Counted from the stretch's first letter, positions 1 to 10,301 are shown. The stretch: DNA of 64,000 bases from a bacterium (GCA_040756235.1 JBFLZG010000066.1:5891-69890), one strand, 5' to 3'. The notes: a model not told the origin generated them from the sequence alone. Made by a program: numbers and translations.

Positions 1-2349
1 ATGAACCCGATCCTCTGCCGCTGCATGACCTACCCCAGGATGAAGGAGGCGATCCGCGCCGCCTCGCTCGAGCTCAGAGGGCAGGGGCCGGACGCCCCCG
101 GAGAGGGAGCCCCCTTCTCCGCGCGCTCGTCCGGTCCCGGCGAGCCGGTCGTCTTCAGCTGGATGGAAGAGGCCGCCGGGGCGCCTGCCGGAGGGAATCG
201 CGCCCGCAATCTCTGGTTCGAGATGGATGCGAAGGGAGTAGCCACGGTCAACATCAGCAAGTCCGAGATGGGCCAGCACGTTGGGACAGCGCTGGCGCAG
301 GCTCTGGCCGAAGAGCTGGAAGTGCGCTGGCAGGACGTGCGGATCCGCCACGTGGACCCGGAGCCCAAGTGGGGCCCGATGATCACGGGAGGGAGCTGGA
401 GCGTGAATGCCACCTTCGACGATCTGAGTCGCGCCGGCGCAGCCGGGCGTATCGCCCTGATCCGGGCCGGCGCCCAGTTCCTGGGCGCGGATTCGGGCCG
501 CTGCACGGCCGCGGAGAGCCGCGTCACGGAGCCGGACTCGGGCCGTTCCATTACATATGCGGAGATCGTTCAAAGGACGGCCGTCTCCGCGGAGCTGAGT
601 ACGGAAGAAATGAGGAAGCTCCAGCTCAAGGCGCCCAAAGACTACATGCTCGTTCGGCGTTCCCTGGACGCCCTGGACATCCCGGCCAAGACCGACGGCA
701 GTGCCCGCTACGGCATCGACGTCTTCCGCCCCGGCATGGCGTACGGCAGGATCGTTGCGCCGCCCGTGCGCTACGGAGCCCGGGTGCTCAAGGTGGACGA
801 CGGCGAGGCGCGGAAAATCCCCGGGTTCATCCAGGCCGCGGTGCTGGACGACCCGACCGGAAACGTGACGGGGTTCGTGGTAGCGGTGGCCGAGACGTGG
901 CACGCAGCCGCCGAGAGCGCCAAGGCGCTCAAGGTGAAGTGGGACAAGGGGCCGAACAAGGCCGTGGACAGCGCGGCTCTTGCGAGAGCGGCGGAGGCGC
1001 TCGCAGAGAACCCGGCCAGGGGCGGCGACTGGGTGCTCGAGGGTGAGCCCGGGAAGGTCGTGGCGGCCGCAAGTAGAAAGCTCACGGCCCGGTACACGAC
1101 GAGCATGAACCTGCACGCGCCCCTGGAGCCAGTGAACGCGATCGTCGAGCTCCAGGGCGACGTCTGGCACTGCTGGAGCGGCAATCAGAACCAGGTCGCG
1201 GCCGTCCCGATGATGGCCCAGGCCCTGGGCGTGGACGCGGACAAGGTCGTCATCCACCAGCACTACCTCGGAGGAGGGTTCGGCCGGCGGCTCGATCAGG
1301 ACTACATCGTGGTGGCGGCGCTCACGGCCAAGGCGGCGGGCAGGCCGGTCAAGATCATCTACACCCGGGAGCAGGACCTGCAGCTCGACGTCCCGCGCTC
1401 GCCGAGCCTTCAGGTGATGCACGGAGCGCTCGACGTGGAGGGACGGCTGGAGGCTGTAACCCACGACGTGGTCGCCGGCTGGCCGACGGTGCGCGTGTTG
1501 CCGGCCTTCATGGCCGCCACCCCGGACAATAAGACGACGGTCGACGCCTTCGCCGTGAACGGCGCCGATTTCTGGTACAGCGTGCCCCACCACCGCGTGC
1601 GGGCCATCCAGCACGATCTCGCCCAGCAGGCGATCCCGCCCGGCTACCTGCGCTCGGTCGGCCCCGGCTTTACGAACTTCGCGGTGGAGAGCTTCATCGA
1701 CGAGATGGCGGGGCTGGCCGGCGTCGATCCGGCCGAGTTCCGCCGCCGCATGCTCGACGGTAAGGGGAAGCAGGCGGGCCACGCGCCGAACGCGGTGGGG
1801 GGGGCTGCCCGGCTGGCCCATGTGCTCCGCGAGGTCGTCGAGAGGTCCGGCTACGGAAAGAAGACCCTGCCCGAGAACGCGGCCATGGGCCTCGCTTGCT
1901 CCTTCGGCCAAGAGCGCACCATGCCGACCTGGCTGGCCTGTGTCGCCGAGGTGCACGTTGAACCGGCGAGCGGCAAGTTCAGGGTGACCAAGCTGATCCT
2001 GGAGGCCGACGTGGGCATCGCGGTCAATCCCGGGAGCACCATGGCCCAGATGCAGGGCGCCCTGCTCTGGGGCCTGAGCCTGGCGACCAAGGATGCGGCC
2101 ACCGTTGCCAAGGGCGCCATCCAGGAAGCGAACTTCAACAAGTTCAAACCGCTCAGGATGGCGGACGTGCCGGAGCTCGACATCTGCCTCGTCGAGAACG
2201 ACTACTTCCCGGTGGGATCGGGCGAGCCGGCCGTGGCGATCGTGGCGCCCGCGGTGGCCAACGCGATCGCCCGGGCCGTGGGCGCCCGCGTGCGGGACCT
2301 GCCGATCACCCCGGAGCGCGTAAAGGCCGCGCTGGGTGCATCCCGGTAG
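1..2349 (+). CDS. Xanthine dehydrogenase-family molybdopterin oxidoreductase (IorB-like), 5'-partial, N-terminally fused to the tail of a [2Fe-2S] IorA-like domain
   Basis: Motifs SEMGQ, ITGGSWS, LGGGFGRR, GYLRSVG, GSGEP and RVRDLPITPERV. The N-terminal LCRCMTYPRMKEAIRAA matches the C-terminal end of IorA/CoxS small subunits. Confidence 0.85.
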   Translation: MNPILCRCMTYPRMKEAIRAASLELRGQGPDAPGEGAPFSARSSGPGEPVVFSWMEEAAGAPAGGNRARNLWFEMDAKGVATVNISKSEMGQHVGTALAQALAEELEVRWQDVRIRHVDPEPKWGPMITGGSWSVNATFDDLSRAGAAGRIALIRAGAQFLGADSGRCTAAESRVTEPDSGRSITYAEIVQRTAVSAELSTEEMRKLQLKAPKDYMLVRRSLDALDIPAKTDGSARYGIDVFRPGMAYGRIVAPPVRYGARVLKVDDGEARKIPGFIQAAVLDDPTGNVTGFVVAVAETWHAAAESAKALKVKWDKGPNKAVDSAALARAAEALAENPARGGDWVLEGEPGKVVAAASRKLTARYTTSMNLHAPLEPVNAIVELQGDVWHCWSGNQNQVAAVPMMAQALGVDADKVVIHQHYLGGGFGRRLDQDYIVVAALTAKAAGRPVKIIYTREQDLQLDVPRSPSLQVMHGALDVEGRLEAVTHDVVAGWPTVRVLPAFMAATPDNKTTVDAFAVNGADFWYSVPHHRVRAIQHDLAQQAIPPGYLRSVGPGFTNFAVESFIDEMAGLAGVDPAEFRRRMLDGKGKQAGHAPNAVGGAARLAHVLREVVERSGYGKKTLPENAAMGLACSFGQERTMPTWLACVAEVHVEPASGKFRVTKLILEADVGIAVNPGSTMAQMQGALLWGLSLATKDAATVAKGAIQEANFNKFKPLRMADVPELDICLVENDYFPVGSGEPAVAIVAPAVANAIARAVGARVRDLPITPERVKAALGASR

Positions 2350-2377
2350 GGTGGACAAAGCCGCAGGCGTGTCCACC
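2346..2377 (+). repeat. GTAG-type REP palindrome upstream of RAYT
   Basis: GTAG GGTGGAC AAAGCCGCAGGCGT GTCCACC. The GTAG overlaps the stop codon of the upstream gene. Confidence 0.9.
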
Positions 2378-2416
2378 ACAAATGAACTACCCATTCCCTG
2401 ATCTGAGACGATTACT

Positions 2417-2935
2417 TTGAGCGACTACAGAAGGCACTACGTGGAAGGAGGGTGCTATTTCTTCACGGTTGTCACCCATGGCCGAAGCCGTCTTCTGACG
2501 GAAGGCGGCCGGTTTGAGAGACTCACCAATTCATTTCACTACGCCATCAGGAAAAGGCCTTTTGTGGTGGAGGCGATGGTCGTACTGCCTGATCATCTCC
2601 ACTGCATCTGGAACATGCCGCAGAATGACGCGGACTTCTCCATCCGATGGATGCTCATCAAGAGACACTTCTCGGCGGGGATCAAAGCTGTTCCCAATGA
2701 CCGTCGCGAAAAGCCCATCTGGCAACGGAGGTTCTGGGAACACCGCATACGTGACGAGCAGGATCTGGAGCGGCACATGGACTACGTCTTCTACAATCCG
2801 GTCAAACACGGATATGTGAAACGACCGGCGGATTGGGAATACGGTTCGTTGCGACAAGCGATCGCAAGAGGGCTGTACGCTGAGGGCTGGGGAGCAGAGG
2901 AGCCTCGATCGGTGACAGGTTTGGAGTTGGAGTGA
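2417..2935 (+). mobile_element. rayT: REP-associated tyrosine transposase (RAYT / TnpA-REP, HUH Y1 family)
   Basis: YRR..GGCYFFTVVT, LPDHLHCIW (HUH), WQRRFWEHRIRD and YVFYNPVKHG (catalytic Tyr). Flanked on both sides by REPs and visibly more AT-rich than its neighbours. Confidence 0.93.
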
Positions 2936-2981
2936 GGGAGCCTCAGCCCAGGGTTGGTGGACTACCGGAATAGCACCCTGG

Positions 2982-3145
2982 GTGGCAGGGGTTGGTGGAC
3001 ACGCTTCGCTTAGTCCACCCTACGGGGGTGTGCCGGGACGCTGTGGCAGGGGTTGGTGGACACGCTTCGCTTAGTCCACCCTACGGGGGTGTGCCGGGAC
3101 GCTGTGGCAGGGGTTGGTGGACACGCTTCGCTTTGTTCACCCTAC
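2982..3145 (-). repeat. Tandem array (61-bp period) of three inverted GTAG-REPs downstream of RAYT
   Basis: GGTGGACACGCTTCGCTTAGTCCACCCTAC at 2994-3023 and 3055-3084, a variant at 3116-3145, with identical linkers. Confidence 0.92.
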
Positions 3146-3173
3146 CTCTTGTTCATCCCCCCTCAAGACACGA

Positions 3174-4337
3174 CTAGATCACGGTGAGGTCGAGGGGGGT
3201 GCGGGTCAGCATCTCGCCGCCGGCGGGCGTCACCCGGACCGGGCACTCGAGCCGCATGCCGCCCACGTCGGGAACGTTCATGACGAGCGCCGCCACCTCG
3301 ACGACGTTCTCCTCGAGCACGAGGTCCCGGAACTCGGCGCTGTCCACGATCGCCGGATACCACTCGTGACCGATCACGCCGATGCCGTGCCCGAAGGCGG
3401 GCAGGGTGTAAGGCCGGTATCCCGAGGCGCTGACCTCCTCCTGCACGGCCTTCCAGACCTGTCCGACCGTGGAGCCGGCCTTCAGGGAGGCGACCAGCTT
3501 CTCGGCGGCCCGGACGTACGCGTCGGCAAGCTTGCGCTGCTCGGGCGTCGGCTCGCCGATCACGTAATTGTGGGAAAGGTCGGAATAGTAGTGCCGGTAG
3601 GTGGGGTGCATGTCGACCAGCAGGCTCTCGCCCTTCTGCAGGAGCTTCTCGGTGGGCGGCGTGCACCCTCCCAGGTTGTACCAGGTACGGCGGCCCGAGG
3701 CGATCTCGGAGGAGCCGGTCACGGGCCAGTGAAACTCGCTTCCCAGCCTGCGCATCTCCAGCTCCCCGATGCCTGCGATCTCCATCTCGCTCATGCCCAC
3801 TGAGAGAGACTCCATCACCCTCTCCTGGGCCGCGTCCGCAATGGCGGCAGCCTGCCTGAGGAGCTTGATCTCCTCGGCGTCCTTTACGTAGGTCACCCTG
3901 TCGACCACGTCCAGGGCGTTGACGAACCGGGCGCCGGGAAGGGCTTCCTTGAGGAGCTCGTGCTCCGTGGCGAAGAGGTACCCTGCGATCACGCGGGGCG
4001 AGTGGCCGAGCTCCAGACCAACGGTCGCCCGCTCGAAGCCCTGTTCGCGGATCTGGGCCAGCGTGACTTCCCACAGCTCCATTCCCGGCAGAGGGGCACA
4101 GCCTTTGACGTTCTCCAGCCAGGAATCGTCCCGGACCCGCTCGAAGTCCATGAGCAGCGTGTTCAGGCCCACGTAGCCGTCCCGGGACACCAGGAGCACG
4201 CTGCGCCAGGGCACGAACGCGCCCGCCACGTACGTAATGCTCTTGCCGCGGGTGGCCACGAGGAGGTCGATGCCCCTGGCCTGCATTTCCTCGCGGATCC
4301 GCCGCAGCCGCTTCGGATAGTCGATGTAGGCATCCAT
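3174..4337 (-). CDS. Xaa-Pro peptidase / creatinase (M24) family hydrolase
   Basis: Creatinase N-domain (KRLRRIREEM), VKDAEEI, D..YYSD, GHGIG..HE and GMRLE. A GGAGG RBS precedes the ATG at 4337. Confidence 0.85.
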   Translation of the reverse strand: MDAYIDYPKRLRRIREEMQARGIDLLVATRGKSITYVAGAFVPWRSVLLVSRDGYVGLNTLLMDFERVRDDSWLENVKGCAPLPGMELWEVTLAQIREQGFERATVGLELGHSPRVIAGYLFATEHELLKEALPGARFVNALDVVDRVTYVKDAEEIKLLRQAAAIADAAQERVMESLSVGMSEMEIAGIGELEMRRLGSEFHWPVTGSSEIASGRRTWYNLGGCTPPTEKLLQKGESLLVDMHPTYRHYYSDLSHNYVIGEPTPEQRKLADAYVRAAEKLVASLKAGSTVGQVWKAVQEEVSASGYRPYTLPAFGHGIGVIGHEWYPAIVDSAEFRDLVLEENVVEVAALVMNVPDVGGMRLECPVRVTPAGGEMLTRTPLDLTVI

Positions 4338-4601
4338 GCGATCCTCCCTGTTGACGGGATCCGGACGGCTGATCATAGGGAAGCAGGTCTGCCCGTGTCA
4401 ATTTTTCAGGGGCCTACGAGAGCGCGAGCCGCTCGAGCGGCGGCGCAGGATGAACGCGATTCGGGCAGGAGGCAGGATTCACGGACCTCGTAGGGGCGCC
4501 GCTTGTCGCGCCCTCCCGGGGCCTTGCAAAGTCTCTGCCTCCGGCGCAAGAATCAGGCGCGGGATGAGACCGGGCCGCAGGAAATTCAGAGGAGGAGAAT
4601 C

Positions 4602-6242
4602 ATGGACGCGGTACTCGAGGCCAACCTGATGAGGCGCCTTTGCGTGGGCGACATCCTGAAGAGGACGGCCCTCAACAAGCCGAACCAGGAAGCGATCGTT
4701 TACTACTACGGCGGCGAGGTCCGCGGGCGGGTGACCTACGCGGAGCTCGACCGCAGGGCCAACCGCTTCGCCAACGCGCTCCTGGAAATGGGCGTGAAGA
4801 AGGGCGACCGGGTCGCGATCCTCTCCTATAACTGCATCCAGTACGCCGTCTTCATCGCGGCCCTGGCCAAGATGGGGGCGTGGATCACCCCGCTCAACTA
4901 CGCCCTGAAGGCGCGGGAGATCCAGCCCCTGATCCGGCATGCGGGGCCAGTGATGTTCGTCGCCGAGGACGACATGGTCGCGACCGTGCGCGAGATCGAG
5001 ACCGAGCTGCCGAGCGTCCGGCATTTCGTCATGATCGACCTGAACGGCAGGACGGCCCTTCCCGCCGGGTGGCTCGATTTCGACGAGCTCTGCTCGGATC
5101 GGCATTCCGGCGAGGAGCCCGCGGTCGCGATCACGGGCGACGACGTGCTCACGCTCATGTACACGAGCGGCACCGAGGCCATGCCCAAGGGGGTCATGAA
5201 CAGCCACGCGAACTGGCACGCTTCGATCATGAACATGGCCCTCGATTTCGGCCCCATCATCCTGCCGGACGACACCGGGCTCGGGGTCGTCCCTCTGTTC
5301 CACGTGGCCGGCCACATCGCGCTGCTGACCGCCTACGCGTACGGCACCCGGATGGCCATGCTGCACCGGCCCGACCCCCCGGTCGTGATGAAGGTGTTCG
5401 AGACCGGCGAGATCACGAGCGCCAACATTTCGCCGACGGTCATGGCCAACATCGTCAACATGCCGGGCGGCGAGGACCTGATCCGCCGGCTCTTCGGCAC
5501 CCTGCGGTGGGTGAACCTCTACGGCAGCCCCACGACGGAAGCCATGATGCGCAAGATCATGGGTCTGCTCCCCAAGGCGTACTTCCAGAACTACTACGGG
5601 CAGTCCGAGGTGACGCCGCTCGGGACGACCCTCAAGTCGCCGGACATGCTGCGGAAGATGAAAGAAGCCAGCGAGCGCTTCGGGGGCGCGGAGGCCATCG
5701 GCCAGTCCCACGCCATGGTGGAGATGAAGGTCGTGGACGGCGACGACCGGGAGGTCCCGCCCGGCACGATGGGCGAGATGGCGGTGCGGAGCCCTTCAGT
5801 CATGCTCGGTTACTACAAGGAGGAGCAGAAGACACGCGAAACCTTCAGGAACGGCTGGCATCATACCGGCGACCTGGCGGTCATGGACGAGGAGCGGTAC
5901 TACTATTTCATGGACCGCAAGAAGGACATGATCAAGACCGGCGCCGAGAACGTGTCCTCGGTCGAGGTCGAGGGCTGGGTGGCCAAGCACCCCAAGGTGG
6001 CCGAATGCGCGGTCGTCGGCCTGTTCCACGCCCGATGGGTGGAGGCGGTGACGGCCTTCGTGGTGCCGGCGGCCGGGCAGAAGGTGGACGAGGCGGAGAT
6101 CCTCGGGCACTGCAGGGAAGGGCTCGCCGGGTACAAGTGTCCCAAGAAGGTCGTCGTGCTCGAGGCGCTGCCCAAGCTCCCGAGCGGCAAGATCCTCAAG
6201 CGCGACCTGAAGCGGGACTACCGTGACATCTACGGGCAGTGA
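4602..6242 (+). CDS. Acyl-CoA synthetase (AMP-forming, long-chain fatty acid-CoA ligase family)
   Basis: YTSGTEAMPKG, YGQSE, HTGDL, DRKKDMIKTG and LPKLPSGKILK; GGAGGAG RBS. Confidence 0.92.
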   Translation: MDAVLEANLMRRLCVGDILKRTALNKPNQEAIVYYYGGEVRGRVTYAELDRRANRFANALLEMGVKKGDRVAILSYNCIQYAVFIAALAKMGAWITPLNYALKAREIQPLIRHAGPVMFVAEDDMVATVREIETELPSVRHFVMIDLNGRTALPAGWLDFDELCSDRHSGEEPAVAITGDDVLTLMYTSGTEAMPKGVMNSHANWHASIMNMALDFGPIILPDDTGLGVVPLFHVAGHIALLTAYAYGTRMAMLHRPDPPVVMKVFETGEITSANISPTVMANIVNMPGGEDLIRRLFGTLRWVNLYGSPTTEAMMRKIMGLLPKAYFQNYYGQSEVTPLGTTLKSPDMLRKMKEASERFGGAEAIGQSHAMVEMKVVDGDDREVPPGTMGEMAVRSPSVMLGYYKEEQKTRETFRNGWHHTGDLAVMDEERYYYFMDRKKDMIKTGAENVSSVEVEGWVAKHPKVAECAVVGLFHARWVEAVTAFVVPAAGQKVDEAEILGHCREGLAGYKCPKKVVVLEALPKLPSGKILKRDLKRDYRDIYGQ

Positions 6243-6510
6243 AGCGCCGGCCGAGCCGGCCGGGATTCACTCATGACCGCTGCGATTTCTGTCTCCGGGG
6301 GATCCATCCGGGAGTATCCGACGTCCAAGTAGTAGGGCTTGAACAAAGTCGGAGAGTTCCGGGCATGAGGCATAGCCGCAAGAGAACGGGCGCGGCGACT
6401 CTGTTCGCAATCGCCATGACAACGGTCTTCGCCGCCCCTGGTTCGGCTAATTTCGGCGTTCCCCAAACGTCTGCCCTCCGGGTGCCTCAGCGGTGCGGCC
6501 ACATGCTTTC

Positions 6511-6624
6511 CGTCATTCCGGCGCAGGCCGGAATCCAGTCCCTGCACCCGGTTCCTGCAGCTGGTCTGGGTGCACCCTTCTGGATCCCGGCTCCCACGCG
6601 CTCCGCAATCGGGCCGGGATGACG
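6511..6624. repeat. CGTC-type palindromic repeat doublet
   Basis: CGTCATTCCGGCGCAGGCCGGAATCCAG ... CTGGATCCCGGC..GCCGGGATGACG. Related copies at ~9955-10152, 18580-18722, 19305-19411, 22869-23001, 30853-30970, 49211-49371 and 50632-50792. Confidence 0.85.
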
Positions 6625-6688
6625 AAATATGAAACAGCCTCTTTCGCGGGAAGGACGTATTTCACCAAAATTCCAGAAGGTTTGTGAG

Positions 6689-7138
6689 ATGAGACTCGAC
6701 TCCAAGAGATTCGGCATTCTGTTCCTCTTTGTCCTCGCCGCCATGGCGCTCTTGCCGCGAGGAGCCCGGGCGAGCACTTCCTGGTGGGATTTTTCGCCGC
6801 CCGAGGTGCCTCCGCTCATCCGTCTGAGCGGTTTCGTATATCCGCCCCAGGATCAGGGAAAGGTGGACGGGCTCTACACCTTCCCGATCCGCGCCGGAGG
6901 TGAAAGGATGATCTTTAAAGTGGAGGAGTCGCGCAGCCTCAGCGGGAGCTCTCTCTCCTCCACGCTCCTCAACCACGTTTGGCCGCCGCAGCTCCAGTTC
7001 ATCGGCCCCGAAGATCTCCTCCGGCAGTTCGACGACGCCGTGGGCGGGCCGGTCACGGTCACCGGCTACCTTTACGTGGGTAGCCGCCAGCTCTTCCTCC
7101 AGTCCGTGGAGCAAGGCGGATTCGAGCAGGAAGGCTGA
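6689..7138 (+). CDS. Hypothetical exported protein
   Basis: Signal peptide (KRFGILFLFVLAAMALLPRGARA) and a plausible globular body. Start uncertain (6629 or 6689). Confidence 0.7.
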   Translation: MRLDSKRFGILFLFVLAAMALLPRGARASTSWWDFSPPEVPPLIRLSGFVYPPQDQGKVDGLYTFPIRAGGERMIFKVEESRSLSGSSLSSTLLNHVWPPQLQFIGPEDLLRQFDDAVGGPVTVTGYLYVGSRQLFLQSVEQGGFEQEG

Positions 7139-7205
7139 CAGCTCATGCAGGGGCATGGCTTGCCCCGCCCGAGCTCGCTTGTCCCCGCTACCCGCGATCC
7201 GGATA

Positions 7206-7288
7206 CACTCTTCGGAAGGGGGGGTGAGGGGGTAACAGCAGCGCATTCGCCCCTCATCCTGACCTTCTCCCCTCGGCGAGGGGAGAAG
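7206..7288. repeat. CCCTCA(C/T)CC..CCTTCTCCCC-type palindromic repeat
   Basis: CCCCTCATCCTGACCTTCTCCCCTCGGCGAGGGGAGAAG. Related copies at ~20194-20292, 24013-24095, 54141-54245, 58652-58700 and 61091-61192. Confidence 0.8.
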
Positions 7289-7355
7289 TTAGAAAATCGA
7301 CACGCATGCGTCGCCCCTACAAAGCTCCGCCCCGGAATGGTACACTTCCCGGACC

Positions 7356-8618
7356 ATGCGCCCCTATCTGCTCATCGTCGTGAGAGTCGGCCTGGCGGTC
7401 TTCCTGGTCTTCGCCACGGTCCTGATCCTCTACATGAGCCTCCAGAGCGTCCGCTCCGCCGGGTCGCTGGCCGACCTCGCCCTGCAGAACACGGCCCTTG
7501 CCCTCGCGTCCTCGGCTGAAGGGGCGCTCATCCAGGGCGGCGGCAGAAGCACGGAGGAGGTCCGGGAAATCTTCTCGGATCGGGTCGTGGCCTATGCGGC
7601 CATGACCGACCGTCAAGGCAGGGTCGTCTTTCACACCAACCCGCGTCTGGTCGGGTCCCTTCTGCCGGATGACGAAGACGCCCGCAGGTGGCCCGCGCCG
7701 GGCGGCTTTCTGGCGCGGCGGATCGTGCTGGGGACCGGGCTCCCTGCTTACCAATTCCGCCACGACGTCGGCCTCCCGGACGGCAGCACCGCGCTGCTCA
7801 CCCTGGTGCTCCATACGGCGAGCGTGGACCGGATCGTTGCCGGGGCCCGCCGCATCTGGTGGACCGTCGGCGGCGTCCTGCTCCTGCTCTGGGGGGCGGG
7901 AATCGCATCGGAGCGGATCTTCACGCGCCAGGTGCGGATGCAGGCGGAGCTGGAGCGGCGCAAGCAGCTGGCGCTCCTCGGCCAGATGACCGCGGTCCTG
8001 GCGCACGAGATCCGCAATGCGCTGGGGAGCATCAAGGGGTATGCCCAGTGGGTGGACGAGAAACTCGAGCCCGCGGACCCGAAGAAGGCGGGCCTTGCGG
8101 TCGTTCTGGAGGGTGCGGGCCGCATCGAGTCACTGGTGCAGGATCTCCTGCTCTTCTCCCGTGAAGAGGTGTATCGCGTCGAGCGGGTGGAACCGGCCCC
8201 TCTGGTCCGGGAGGCCGTGGGCCTGCTGTCCCGGTCCTGGGGCGGGAAGGTGGAGCTGGACGTCGACTCCGGCGCGCCGGGCCTCGGCGACAGAGAGAAA
8301 CTGAGCCGCGTCCTCGCAAACGGCATCCGCAACGCCCTGCAGGCCATGGGAGAGACCGGGGAGCTGCGCATCTCCGTGCGGCCGGAGGGGTCCTTTCTGA
8401 AGATCCGGATCGCGGATTCCGGCCCCGGGATCGCCCCCGAGGAGATCCCGCGCCTCTTCACGCCCTTTCACACGACCAAGGCCGACGGCACCGGCCTGGG
8501 CCTCGCCTACTCGAGGAAAGTCATGGAAGGCATGGGGGGGACGATCGATCTCGCGAATCTGCCCGGCAGGCAGGGAGCGGTCTTGACCCTCGGAATCCGC
8601 AAGGCAGGGGAGGGGTGA
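7356..8618 (+). CDS. Membrane sensor histidine kinase (ZraS/NtrB-like)
   Basis: Two TM helices; LAHEIRNALGSI H-box, NALQA, DSGPGI, FTPFHTTK and GTGLGL. Confidence 0.92.
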   Translation: MRPYLLIVVRVGLAVFLVFATVLILYMSLQSVRSAGSLADLALQNTALALASSAEGALIQGGGRSTEEVREIFSDRVVAYAAMTDRQGRVVFHTNPRLVGSLLPDDEDARRWPAPGGFLARRIVLGTGLPAYQFRHDVGLPDGSTALLTLVLHTASVDRIVAGARRIWWTVGGVLLLLWGAGIASERIFTRQVRMQAELERRKQLALLGQMTAVLAHEIRNALGSIKGYAQWVDEKLEPADPKKAGLAVVLEGAGRIESLVQDLLLFSREEVYRVERVEPAPLVREAVGLLSRSWGGKVELDVDSGAPGLGDREKLSRVLANGIRNALQAMGETGELRISVRPEGSFLKIRIADSGPGIAPEEIPRLFTPFHTTKADGTGLGLAYSRKVMEGMGGTIDLANLPGRQGAVLTLGIRKAGEG

Positions 8619-8619
8619 A

Positions 8620-9948
8620 GTGGCAAGATCCATTCTCATCGTTGAGGATGACGCCGGTATGCGCTCGCTCCTCTCCACCCTTCTCACCGAGGAAGGATAC
8701 CGGGTGGAGGCGGCGCGCGGCGGCAGGGAGGGCCTCACCCGGCTCGCGGGAGGCGAATTCGACCTGGTGGTTGCGGACCTGCGCATGCCGGACATGTCGG
8801 GCATGGACCTGATGAGGGAGGGGAGAAAAGAAAAGCCCGCCGCGCGCTGGATCATCATCACGGCGTACGGGTCGATCGCGAGCGCCGTGGAAGCCATGAA
8901 AGCGGGCGCCTCCGACTACCTGACCAAACCGTTCCACAACCCCGACGAGCTGCGCCACGTGGTGCGCCGGGTGCTGAAGGAGGTCGAGGCCGACGAGACC
9001 ATCGCGCTCCTCTCGGAAGAGCTCGGCCGGCATTTCCCGCCCATGGAGATGATCTTTCTCGGCCGCAAGATGAAGGAGATTCAACGGCTGGTCGGAGAGG
9101 TCGCGCCCACGCCGGCCAGCGTGCTCATCACCGGGCCGAGCGGCACGGGCAAGGAGCTCGTGGCCCGGGTCATTCACCTGCTCAGCCCGCGCAGGCAGAG
9201 ACCGTTTGTCGCGGTCCACTGCGCGGCCCTTGCGGAGACCCTGCTCGAGAGCGAGCTGTTCGGCCACGAGCGCGGGGCTTTCACGGGGGCTGTGGCAACC
9301 CGGAAGGGGAGGTTCGAGCTGGCGGACGGCGGGACCGTGTTCCTCGACGAGATCGGGGAGATCCCTCCCCGCATTCAGGTCAAGCTGCTGCGCGTGCTCC
9401 AGGAGAGGGAGCTGGAACGGGTCGGCGGGAGCAAGCCCCTACAGGTCGATGTGCGCATCCTGTCCGCCACGAACAAGGACTTGAGGAGCGAGATCTCCGG
9501 GGGGCGCTTTCGGGAGGACCTCTATTACCGGCTCAACGTCTTCCCCATTGCGCTGCCGCGGCTGGCGGACCGCAGGGAGGCGATCCTGCCGCTGGCCGCC
9601 TTCTTCGTCGCCAAGTTCGCTGGCTCCTTCGGGAAGAAGGCCGCCGGATTCACCCCTGCGGCCGAGGCCGCTCTGGTCTCCTACGACTGGCCAGGCAACA
9701 TCCGGGAGCTGCAGAACGTGATCGAGCGAGCCATCATCCTGAGCAAGGGAGAGATCGACCTCCGGCACTTGAATCTCGAGGTGGAAGAGGAGGCGCAGAC
9801 TCCCGCCGAGGGCCTGCTGGCCAGGACCGAGCGGGAGACGATCCGTAAGGTGCTCGAAGAGGTGCAGGGCAATCGCAGGAAGGCTGCCGGGCTCCTGGGG
9901 ATCTCGCTGCGCACCCTGCAGTATCGGATCAAGGAGTACGGGCTGTAG
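8620..9948 (+). CDS. Sigma54-dependent response regulator (REC-AAA+-HTH, ZraR/NtrC family)
   Basis: [48 protein letters not shown] and a Fis-type HTH. Confidence 0.95.
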   Translation: MARSILIVEDDAGMRSLLSTLLTEEGYRVEAARGGREGLTRLAGGEFDLVVADLRMPDMSGMDLMREGRKEKPAARWIIITAYGSIASAVEAMKAGASDYLTKPFHNPDELRHVVRRVLKEVEADETIALLSEELGRHFPPMEMIFLGRKMKEIQRLVGEVAPTPASVLITGPSGTGKELVARVIHLLSPRRQRPFVAVHCAALAETLLESELFGHERGAFTGAVATRKGRFELADGGTVFLDEIGEIPPRIQVKLLRVLQERELERVGGSKPLQVDVRILSATNKDLRSEISGGRFREDLYYRLNVFPIALPRLADRREAILPLAAFFVAKFAGSFGKKAAGFTPAAEAALVSYDWPGNIRELQNVIERAIILSKGEIDLRHLNLEVEEEAQTPAEGLLARTERETIRKVLEEVQGNRRKAAGLLGISLRTLQYRIKEYGL

Positions 9949-10190
9949 TCTTACCGTCATCCCCGGCCAAGGCCGCCGGGGCGGCTTGAAGGTGGGAGAT
10001 TGCGAGCATAGCGAAGCAACCTCCCTGGCTCAGGGGGTTGCTTCGGTCGCCTGTGCTCCCTCGCAATGTCCGCAACAATTCGTGTCCTCTCCGCCTGCTC
10101 GATGCGGCCCAGGGATGATGGGGTATGACACAGCCTCCCCGGCGGAATGACGGGAAAATGCTCCGGGCGCGAAAGGATCTGCACCGGCCG

Positions 10191-10205
10191 GTGCAAGCCT
10201 TGCAC
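10191..10205. promoter_or_regulatory. Putative enhancer-binding-protein site
   Basis: Palindrome GTGCAAGCCTTGCAC ~100 bp upstream of a sigma54 promoter; a partial second site lies just upstream. Confidence 0.5.
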
Positions 10206-10301
10206 CCGGAAGCCCGCCGGACGGCCGCTCCTGGTGCTGCGAGAGCGGCAAGAAGGCTGAAGCAGTGCGGAATTCGACATCTCCTCCGGTCTGGCACGGA
10301 T

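Noticed and set aside
2982-3145. Periodic palindromic array as a CRISPR array
   Set aside because: The linkers are identical rather than unique spacers, there are no cas genes, and the units are GTAG-REPs next to a RAYT.
2992-3803. ORFs beginning MVDTLR (2992, 3114; also 13288)
   Set aside because: Their N-termini are translations of REP sequence, and the 3114 ORF is antisense to the M24 gene.
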